This document shows positions 12,150 through 24,100 of a stretch of DNA of 64,000 nucleotides, piece by piece (position 1 is the stretch's first letter; every line of letters starts with the position of its first letter). This DNA is from Catajapyx aquilonaris. Lineage: Eukaryota. The notes beneath the pieces were generated by a model, which worked only from the letters and a program-made list of their open reading frames with translations, did no database searches and was not told where the DNA came from. The position numbers were made by a program, and so were the translations under genes. The stretch lies in contig KZ538008.1 in the NCBI GenBank assembly GCA_000934665.2, positions 186,001 through 250,000 on the forward strand, given 5' to 3'.

Positions 12150-15100
12150 GTGAGTTTTTTCACTTACTCTTTATTAGTAAAATACAATTATATTACTATT
12201 ATATTATACAAGTATATTGCAGGTGACAGGCTTCTTGTAGTCTGTCCTGACATAAGAAATTGAAATAATAAATAAAGGAGGTTTAACTTTCTTTTTCACT
12301 TGAGGAAGTACTTTACAAGACAAGCAATATATTGGTGTCAGTCAATGACTATTGTTTCGAAATAATATAGTAACAGTCAGTCGTATCATAATGTCATCGG
12401 TATAGTGTTCTGGATCTCCGATATCATGTGACGATAGTAAAATTATTCCCAACATTGCATTGGTCACGATACGTTCACTCAGTCACACGATTGGTTGAGT
12501 GACATGTTGATATTATTCCGAGAGCCAAAAAGATCTGATAAGCGACAGAAAAGACTATAGGTTATGTTACAAAATAATATAATTCAGCTATATATGTTAT
12601 AGAGTAAAATTCATTTCTTCACTGGAGCCTCACGCAGTCTCTCGAGCTATTCGCACCGTAATCCCCTGAATCGACCACAAAATAACAGTCTATCGATACA
12701 CCTGTAACATACGGATCTAAGTCAGTCGGACATCATATCAATAAATTATTACAGAATTATTGTACAAACCACCCCATCGATCCGGTAAGAAATTCTAATA
12801 ATAACTGGCGGAATCAATGAGGTCTTTCGATATCATTACTTCATTAAAAATACCTACCTCCGACCTCAAACTATACCCTGAAGGTCAGTTGGCCACACGA
12901 AAGGAAAGGAGGTTACCTTACTTATTCATTCATTTCCTGTTGGTTCCTTCTGCTTCGGACAAGTTCACCTGGTTTAATTAAAATGATAACTCCAGGCTAT
13001 TTTATACGTCTTTTTTTCTCTTCTTAAGGGAACAAAGAGACGCAGCGGAAATTTGATTTGCGCTGGTTTTCATTTTCATACACTTTGGGATTATACCTGT
13101 CCGGATACAGTGTGGCCTACATTGTCTTGTTTCTGTACAGTGCACTTGCACTGCTTGTCAGTCATTAATGGTGCTGCATACAACGTTGATGTTTGTTTAT
13201 CATGACACTCACAATTATGCGGGTTTGCACGTTGCGATATTTACTGTGCCGGGCACATAGTATTCTAAACACTGGCTGGTGACACTCTATATAGGCGTAC
13301 AAAAGATAAAGAACATTGGTACACTCAGAAATATGTAGTTTGATGTTCACTTTCCAGCATGAAGTTGACGCCTCTCTTGAAAGAAAGGAACGCATAATGT
13401 AAATTTTAAATACTGCAGTAAAAAAGTAATAACCATGTCTCTCACACGTATCATTACACCAAACCGCAACGTTATGGGCTGATTAAAGAGACATGTATAT
13501 CACTGACGCCGGACATAAAGTTTTCATGCTCAAATGTTGAAAAATGTGTGGTACCTGACCTTTACTGCCTGCCATCCGTAATTTGTATCCGCGCAGAAAA
13601 AAAAACCTGCTCTGAATGATACGTTCTTTGCAGAATATGGCATGCACAAACATGCATACCGGTTCTATTGTTGTTGTATTTATTTACTATTTCTCGCCTA
13701 ATTATTAACGAATTTAGATGAAACAGAAAATTAAAGCACTTTCATAAAAAAATATCGTCCTGTCACACTCAGAACTTACTCGGAACATCAGAGGTGGAAG
13801 AATTCTGGTTTAAACCACTACCATCATATAAATTCATAGGCATGTACTGTTAGTTCACGTAATGATTAGAGTGCTAAAGGGGGAAGCGCCAAATGGAAAA
13901 ATCACCCATCGTAGATAAATAACGTCAATAGAACCTCCCACAATCGCCCCTCAAAAAAACAGTGATATTGGGACGTGATATTCTGCCTTTGACCTACACA
14001 TCAATATTCATGTGGACGCCCGTGGAAGTAACGCAATATCAAGCAGTCTCCGGTGCGTTGACGGTGCACAGAAATGTCGTTATTTTCACATCTCCTTCAG
14101 ATTTCCCATTGAGTGCTGTATGCAAATTCGAGAGACCTACACAAATTTTCTACCATGGAATTTTCCCAAGTGGATGCACCATACATTTTCATATATATTG
14201 GATTTGGAAATTCCAGCGCATTTTTCTGATGGAATTGGCAAGCTTGAACATCAATATTTGTGAAGCATACATCCATAAAAAAATGGGAGTAGTTACCTAT
14301 ATAGGGCGCATCCAATTAATGTACACCCACTTGTTGCATCAGATTCATCGTCTTTCGACCCAAGTGGTCATCTATGTCCTGAAGTGTCGCAGGGTGCAAG
14401 GTTGCTCCGGATAGGAATAAAGTCTTGGCCGCATTGGCATGTAGGGCACATCCCGACGAGTCCTGGGTCCGGATTTAGGAGTTTGGCGACCCAAAATGCT
14501 TTTCGCCAGACGGGCGTCGCTGATGAAAGGAGCACCCGACGGCGCCGACGGACTTTTCTAGCAATAGACTCGGGTAGACGTACCACAAACCGCGCTTTTC
14601 AGTAACTTGTTCCAACTTAGGGGCGTTTGTGTGGGTCCTAACCACCAACCAGATCAACCGGTTGGCGGTTTTTTCTTCTTCTGCAAGTAAAACTAACTTC
14701 TGAATGACAGGGCGAAAATGGCGGATATCAACCTTGTGGAATTTTCATAGGTCAGGGGTACGGTGATGACATTGGAGGTGGGGTGACAGTGTCGCTCTTT
14801 TGTTTCGAATCATGCCATGTCATGACATGATAGTATTTCATCCGGGTTACTAAATCCACCATTGCCAATAATACTACACCGCCTATGATTTCTATTCCTA
14901 CACATACTGATCATGACAGTTCACTCCTGTCACCTCAAGCAGCTATTAGCAATATTTTAAAAATCGACATTCTCCAATATGTACATCCAATTTCCTGATC
15001 GTTTTCGATATATTTGAGAGTCCATTTTTTTGCACCTGACACAACAAGGATGTGCACAGCCCCAGGTAAGTCAATACGTCAGGTAGTGTAAAATGTGCTG

Positions 15101-18100
15101 TCACAAACAAAATTCTGAACACCAGACAGGCAGTAAAATAAGCATGGCATATTCATTGCCGCCCATAGCGTGCATGTCCAGAGTTTTGACGCCGCTTTTA
15201 AATTTTTTAGAAGCTTTAATGACAGCATGTGAAAAGATTGGTTTAATAATAAGCACCCTTCGCTTTTTAAAATAGATTCTCCGATAATTGCCCACTTTGC
15301 AAACTGGATGATGAATGCAACCTACACATTTTTAGATTGGAATATTCCTGCACTAATTAGTCGGTTTCAGCAAATTTATCGTCGAGCGAAACAATGCTTT
15401 CTGATGCAATTGAAATATAGAAAACTCATTATTATATACTGAATATATTTCTGGGCCTAACTCTTCAAAGTTCCATCCGCATGTCGCTCTGATTGCACAA
15501 TTCCAAGATGGCCACATGCAATTAATGTAGTTTAATTTGTGCATCAAGTACTTCAGCATAAACAATCAACGCACTGCATATATCCTGAGACAGAACACTG
15601 AACATCTCTCCCGAGCAGACATTTTGGAATTATTGCGATAACCTGGGTTAGACGACGATCGATACAATTTTATCGCTTCACCAGGAACAGTGAAGAAAAT
15701 ATCGACCTGCATTCTTTCATCACTTCTTCAATTATGATGCCTCCTAGAATTGCAAATGCCCTCCCATTTTGGCGATAAACATATAGTCATGGCTCCCCTG
15801 CGCTTCTAATTAGTCCATATACAGCTTGTCTAATTTAGTGCACATCAGAGGACAACTATATAAAATCAAACCCTTTGGAAAATGTTCCACCTGGTAAAGC
15901 ATAATCATCATTTCAACTTTATAATTAACTTACATTCACATGAAAAAACGATCCAATGCATATTACATTTCATGACCCTTTGAACTCTGCGTTCTGAGAT
16001 TTAATTATTCAACTTCTGCTAATTTAAAAACTACTTTGCAAAAAGTAATTTTTCTGTATAGAGAGCCAAATAGGACCTTACGTAACGCAAACCCTATACC
16101 GTCACACAGGCCATTCCCCTACAGTTCGCCTTGATCTTTTTCTCCCAGTATATGGCCTCATTTATGATTCTGGCAACAACCCGAAGGCAAATCACTTTTG
16201 TAAACTTAGCCTTATGTAATTTGCAGTGGATACCGAGGAGTGCTGGCGGTGATTTCGGAATCGAACTAGTCCGTCGGCACCCAGAAAAGGGCTAACAGTG
16301 TTTTCCTTTGCCGACGGAAGTGGCGTGCTAACATGGGAGGTATCAATTATTTGCCTGCGCTAATTTTATCGCGCCGGAGATTTGATGACAAAGCGATAGA
16401 TTAACAAAAGAGTGTAATCAAGGTGGGGATATTGTTTCGCTGGGGCGAGGCGGTCCATGTTGGTCGAACACTGCATGGGAAGTTTAATATTCCGGTACCC
16501 AAGTGTGATTTATGTTTAATTTTGGTCAGTGCACACTTTTCAAATAAATCAGCGACACCCGCCCCACTAGATGGCGGGGGTGTCTGGTTGTGGAGGCTTG
16601 TAGTTGAAGATAGTTGTGAGACAGCCTGGAGCGAGGCATCAAAAAGTACGGTAGCCATTTTCCTAATTTATTCTAATACATATTTCTCGACGTATATCTG
16701 TCTGTCTGTCCCCTTCTTGTGACCTCATCAGATCCATACGGAGGCCTCCACATATGCCCCAGGGGTATCACTAGGGGTAGTTTTTTACTGGGAAGGTTTT
16801 AAGCACATTGGAATTGACCTCCGAGGTCATCCGTGGCCACAGGAGGCGGAAAGGACTTTGGGACATTGGCCCCCTGTTCTAATAATCCGCATTTTGGTAT
16901 AAACAACCCCTGTTCAGTTGCCGAGCAACGCCGGATATCCTGCTAGTATTTTATAAGCTAACCAGACTACCTCTTACTGAACATGCGGTAATGAAAATGT
17001 GCGCTGTAGACTGTAAGCAAACCTTTCCACGACAGCAACGTCATGCGAAACGTGAGCAAAGTACACTTATAAAGGCTTTCCCCATGAGACCAGCAGTAAC
17101 ATCGGCCAGCACAAGCGATTAATCTCTCCTCTGGTAAAACAAATGTTCCCCCAGCTTTTATGAGCTACCTGTTGGTCACCCATCTGCCTACCTGTGAAAT
17201 CGGTGGATGATTACATGTTTACCAATGTTATAAACCGAACACAAATCCGGGCGGAAAAAAGCTCAGCAGACCCTAAATAAATGACCAGAAAACACAGGTC
17301 CAATCGATAAGTTTGGCTGGGATTTTTCTGGTCCACTGCTAGACTCCAATTGCTTCGGTTAAAAGGGAAGTTTATTAATTAAAAGTTTGGACACCGGACG
17401 GGGGCAATGCATCACGTTCAACATACAAGCACGCATTCTAGTTCCAACTTTCCTCAATTTTCGAGGAGGGGTTTTGGGATGCGGTGTCTGGCACACTCTA
17501 CAATGATTTATACCAAGATGCGACTATTGTAGAGAGGATTGCGGAGATAGATTCTATTAGACTTTGGCGGAGTGCCTGGATACCTTTTGTAATCGCACGA
17601 CTCACTTCTATTTTGCTTCAGCTCTCCAAGACATCGGGGGATTACTTGGCTTCCCTAAATTAGATTTCAAAGGGCCAGGAAGGACGTATAGCTATAGAGT
17701 TTCATCGGATTAATTTGTGAACTGTACCCACTCAGCCATCAGATACCATTTTCTGGTCGTGATCTGCATGTCGGAATATCCTGAGTCTGCAAAAAAAAAA
17801 TTGGGGGCACCAGCGGTTCCAAGCCCTACCGCGGATAAGTGAAATCTGCGATATTTTTGAAACAGTAAAGCACATGTCACAGATTTATTACGATTTGCGG
17901 TACAGATACGACAGCGATTATCTTTTATGATACAGGGTACGGTAAATTTGATCGTCACGACACATAAATCATGCGAAAAATTCCGGCGGTTGCTTATTCT
18001 GCGCATGATAACGACTACACTAGCGCGATGAATGATAGTTTCAGTCACTTTGCCTCAGTTTATTATCACTTTGCTTATACCAATGATGGGCATATCTGTC

Positions 18101-21100
18101 GACGTTATTTATTGCTGTCTCTGCTCCCATGTTGATACGTTTTGCTCATCAACAGTGGACGTGGCTGTCACCCAATGTACTATTTGATAAAAGAGTTTGT
18201 ACCCTAGCGACCAGCCAATTTGGCCTGTCCCCAACTTTTTGTCGGAAGCACTACTTAGTTCTCAGCACATATTTGAAAAAGTGCGATTGCCCGGAGCCAT
18301 GGAAGATTTTGTTCACTGAAGTCGAAAATTATAAATTATCCAGCCTTCAAAACACAACTTTTCTCTTACAGTGGCAGAACAAAATAAAAGAATCGTGGTC
18401 CTAAAAAAGTGCTGTCCTTGACGACAAGTTTTATTGGAAGTGAGAGCCCAGTTTTTCGAGCTTTTCGCCTTGAAGAGTGAGCTTTAATGCTGAAGAGGAG
18501 AGGATTTATCGCATTGGGCCTTCCATTTTCCATCTTGGATAAGAACCATCGCCAATTCGTTGATAATAAACACAGGGTTTACTACCATCGTCAAGTATAC
18601 AGGGGTTGGTGGGGTTAAATGACCCCCTAATGCAACAATAAGGTCAAACCATATGATAGTTGCCTTTCTGCTGTTTTAAACTGTTGTCCATCAAAATATT
18701 CCAAATAAACTGTCGTTGCAATATGATTTATTAGTTAGCTGACATTAGCTGTAATTCACTGAAATATTACTAGTAGTGTTCCCATTACTACACGGCAATT
18801 CATTGCACTTTAGATCCCCCACTTTTTGGCAAATGTTTACAAGCCGCAATTCAGTGCGCGGCATCAGCCGACATGAATGTTTCAGCACCTCATCAACACC
18901 TACAGAAAATGAACGTATATCCTGCCTCTCATGCTGTGAAATAATTATGCGCATTTGCCAAAGAGAAGTGCAAATATTGGCACATTTCGCAACTTCACAC
19001 AATGTGCTTTCCCGCAGCGGCCATTTTTATGTGCATCCATATAACCCTGGACTAGACAGTACTCGTTAATATAACCTAGACTGCTGTGCCATTAGATAAC
19101 GAACATATGCCAGGGGGTAATTTTTTAAAAAAAAAAATACTAGAAAAAAGAGAGCAAATGAACCTTAATTTTAAGCCAGCAAGGGGTGTAATTAGCAGTA
19201 AAAGATGTGCCCACATCTCTTGGTAAGAACATTGGCCCTTAGGGGTCTGTAGCAAGCAGAAAAAAATGGCAGATGCTGTTGCTACCAGGAAATGAGGTGC
19301 ACTTGTTGAATCCCTCGAAACACGACATCAGGAAATGAACAGCCACTCAACAAGTAGACACTATTCGAAGAAATCGTAGTAGTTCTGAAGGCATTAAAGC
19401 GATTTCTTATCAACGTTCTAGCTTCGTTAAGGATTTTGTTTAACTAACGTAGCAAGTGCTGAATATTTCCTAGCACGAATAAATCATTTATCAACATTCT
19501 TATACAGTATACACCCACATCATAATGTAACTTCTCTGAATAGACGTCATATTCCGTGCCAAACAAATCCGTTTGGCAATTGTAATACTGTGTCATTTTG
19601 ACAAATAACTGGACCCTGAAAACACTAACTTGATCAACACGTCGATAATTTTGTAATTGTTTGAACTTTGAAAATGAAGTGGTTAGGATCATGACAAGTG
19701 ATGCTCGCTAAATTAATCCTGGCATCAGGTTACTGATTCTGACGTGCAAAATTTACGCCATGGCAGTTTCGCTAAAGGGGAGCTATTTGGTATTAAACTA
19801 TCTCAATATTTAACTTTGTATTAGACTAGCCCAATTTTGACATCAAATTATATATGTAACATACTGTTCCGCATCTATTGATATGTGTCATGCTTTTAGT
19901 CTACGCAGCCTCTTTCTTGATCAATGACTTCCCCTTGTATAGGAAATGATGTTGTTGACGTTACTAAATATAGCATATCGTCACAGTGACAGATCCAGCG
20001 GCGTCAGTCACGTTGTCATGACTGACGCAACGGATGACAAATTCAACCGAACTTCACTTTCACGCTTCGACGCAAATAACCGATTTTTCTCCCTGGCACC
20101 TACAACCCATATTGCACCGAAACCCCTTAATTATGCGCAACCTTGTTACCCCTTCACCTCATAATAATCAGCGCATATGAAATGAGCTAAATCTCATTAC
20201 ACACCAACCAAAAATACTAAAGGAATAATTAACATCCATGCAGGTGCAGCTCCCTTCCCCATCTTCTGTTACCTAATCTAAACCCATTACATTCTAATAG
20301 AACCCAGACTATTTCAACTCATCCCATCCGCACGTGCCAAATAACCTCCCTTTAATTGCGCTCCCATCCGCATCTAGATGGCGCCTACAGGTATTGATTC
20401 GAACGGCGCCAACCTGAGGATGGTTCGTATATTATGCACAAACAGTATTTAATCGCGGTAAACTGGCAGTGGGCGCCTCCAGCATCCATGGGAATGGTAA
20501 CCCTTGTAAATTACGACCTGTTTCGCAAGCTGGGCTTAGCCATTTATTTACTGCTTGGAACGTTTTTCCTGACGTGATTGTTTTTTAACGCTTCTACAGA
20601 TTGGCAGCATTGTATAGTATACCAGTATACCATGTTATCAAATTTTTTATTTTAAAAAAATAGCTAATATTTGCCTGACTTTGTCATGTTTGTAGTGTAA
20701 ACCACATGATGTGCCCAGGGATCCGTGAGGTTGGGATAAGGGAAAGGACCGTAGGCAATGCTAACACCATAACAACAGGGGGCCAGCTAGTGGACCTGTC
20801 TGCATCCCAAACAGTAGCTGTAGCGGTTGTTACCTGCTCCTCAAACTTATCGATCCCAACAATAGTACTCCCTCTGAGGGTTGGTCGCAGGCACAAAATT
20901 CACTCGGCTCGTTTCCACCTGTGTGACCATGCATTTGAAAAGGTTTGTGGTTCACTCAATTTTTTTTGAATGTATAGGTTGTCATTGTAGGGTTCATTAA
21001 ACGGATTCTATTAAAAATGGGATTACACAAGTGCTGTAAATGTGGATGAGTGGACATTAAACAAAGAGTATCAATTGAAAAGTTTAAATGGTAATATCGC

Positions 21101-24100
21101 AACCATTGACCATTTTTGAATGGGTTGCGGTTTTTTTTTGAAACCATTAGCTGCATAGACAATGGGCGGAATATTTTTCGATGGAAAACCAGCTGGGAAA
21201 AGATTTAAAGTCAGTTCCCATAGCTCAAACTGTCAATATTTGAGATTTTATTAAAGTTCAGGAAGCAGTTTGGCCCCAGTCATAGCCAGTGCATACACTA
21301 TAGTTGCCAATACTTTTCAAAAAAGGTGTCTGACTTTTTCTGCCAGGCACAAAAACCTACCACTGGCCCAAAATTGCAACGAGCTCCTGCAAAACTACAG
21401 TATATAGCTACGTGGCTATATTATGAAACGTTGTTTGTTAACATCTCTCTCGTCTGCCATATTGTACGTATGCTATCAAAAAAATGTGAAAAGCCCTCAT
21501 AGTACTGTACACCTTGTTCAAAAAAAATGAGCGCAAATTATCCCACTCCAGTAGCTGGATATGCCAGCATACATTATCCTGTACGCAATAAGGTGTTTCA
21601 TAATGCTTTTCCTGACGTGCTTGTCAGTCGCCTTTTTAAAATCAAACAAAGCGCGTAAAATAAATCTCACGGAAATGTAGGATTATATAAACTTCACATC
21701 TTGCATTCGGTCTGAAGTGAGTTTTTTGAGTGGAAAAAAAGAACTAACGAGAAAACTTCGAAGGTGTGGAGCAAAACTACTGTATATCGAGGGGTGGGTG
21801 GAAAAGTGGTGAGCATGACAAACTTAAGACAGGATTTCACCGGTGGAAAAGTAACAAGCAGGCGAAGGTGAGATGTATACGTCCAGAACAACCCTGGAAC
21901 TGACAGATATTTTTTTTGTCGAGTCTTGGAATAGCTTTACACAACGTCTGTGCTTCAACGGAGCGGACGAGATGGAACCTCCGCGTAAGCTGCCGGCGGC
22001 GGAGAAGCTCTCACAAAAGATGTCTATTCCTAGTGTCAACTAGTACAAACTCCTAACTTTTGGACTTAACTAGAACCGACGTTGATTTACCTGAGTTCTC
22101 AAAAAAATTAAGCAGCAAAATGCTACAGTATGTTCAAATGAAACTGAACAGGTAGCGATTTTTCATAACTGCTAAACGTAACAGTACGAAACAAGCTATA
22201 GGAACATTTCAAATGTAATTAAATTATCATTAACACTGTAAAGTATACTGTGCATGAGTATCACGTATATCCCTGTCCATATAGATATTAGCAAGGCATG
22301 GTCTGAATTCCTGTAACTCTGGATTTCGAATGGGTCTGGTGCATACCTGATGAAGCTGGTGTCCTTCTGGGAGTATATTGTGTTTATTATGACAATTAGA
22401 AGTGACAGGCCCAAGACTGGGCAAGTATACCTTCATTATGCAATTCCGGTGTGGATTGCATAACTTCCGAAATTTTTTCTGCTATGACGTAACATCAAGG
22501 GTTTGCTGTTGTTTAGACTAACAATACGCTCGATAGTGAAGAATGCAAAATTCCAACCCACTCAATACCACAACTTAATTTTGTGCCAATGAGTAAAAAA
22601 TTACTCAAATGGATGTAAATTAAGGATTAATTAATTAAATCAATATTTTTACTGCAGAATGAGTGAACGGAGCAAAAAATAACCATGAACGTTAATAGTG
22701 CACTTATGTCAAGCAGCGCACCTATACTCACCCTATGAAATACGTTTCATACATTATCCTCATAAAAATAAATGTGTCCCATTTAAAAAACCCACAACCA
22801 CAATTTTCCACCTCCATTTAAAAAAATTAGCTCGTCCAAACCTCCCACAAATAAAACAAAAAATAAAAATAAAAATTCCTCCTCGCTTTTTAAGGGTCCC
22901 CCCACATTCCTGCAAGTGTGGCCCGCGTTGTTCAGTGATGTTCCCTCCCCAGTTTTGGGAAACGAGATGAAAGTCATCCCAGCCAGTAGCATGGACGGAA
23001 GAGCAATTTCCATGCTCGGTTATGAATCGTGGCTGCTGCAATATTGGCGGCATTCGCAGGCTGGCTGGTGAATAGCACTCAAACCGGACTCTGGTTACGC
23101 CCCTCAGGGCGTTCATGTCCGATTCTCATCAGCAACATTCCGTATCCAACGGGAAACTTTTGGAGACAATACTTGAGTTTTAGCTCACTCCTTTTTTTTT
23201 AATGTTTAATGAAACTGGTTCGATCTTTTTTCCAATGTCTGTCGTGAAGGAAGAGGTGGATTGGAATCAGAAGAGCTGTTCCTGCGGTAGAATAAAACCA
23301 GGGTTTAGGAGCTGACGTTGACGTAAGGTGCGCAGTTGAAATGAATTGAAAATCGGGCTCCTGTGGGACACTCGATATTTACCATGCAGTAAAACCGTCG
23401 GTCAAGTCTGAATTTAGTGCAGGAAAGGAAATAAACTTTACCAGTGAGCTATATATATAGCCAGTGGAAAAAAAAACCCAAATCGTTTGGTGTTACAAAT
23501 AGATAAATCACAATACAAAAAAGTGGTGCCGATATTAGAGGTTAATTCGTTTAACACTTTCATTTAGTGGCAACTGCCGGATATTTTCCCCTCATAAACC
23601 TAATTACGGCTAATTCAATCGCAGGCTCATCCATCTCAAAACTTTGCCACAGCTAAAATCAATGGGAAGAAATGTTGAGCGAGACCTGATTACCGCATCT
23701 AGCTTACACTGCATTCAATTAGTTCTCTAAGAGCAGAAATTCGCGAAATGTCCCCCCCCCCCCTACAAAAAAACCTTTAGTTTCCGAAACTTTAAATGGA
23801 ACATTCCTTTTTAGAGAAATGCGCGTCGTAAAACCGCGCGAGGTCTGATTCTGACAGATTCTGAAGTCGTGATATTTTGGACACCAGGTGTTGCCCCAGC
23901 CATGTTAAGCCGAAATTCGATATACACAGGGTGGTCGTAAATAACGTAGAATTTTTCTCTAGGACGAAATAGCAGTTAGAATATTCGCGCTTTCATGTTC
24001 ATTCTTGCACAGATCGGAACAAACCGGTTTTCAAGTATTATGAACATGTGTCGCTGCAGTAAACATGGTTTCATTACGTGCTCCATATATGCTGAATTTC

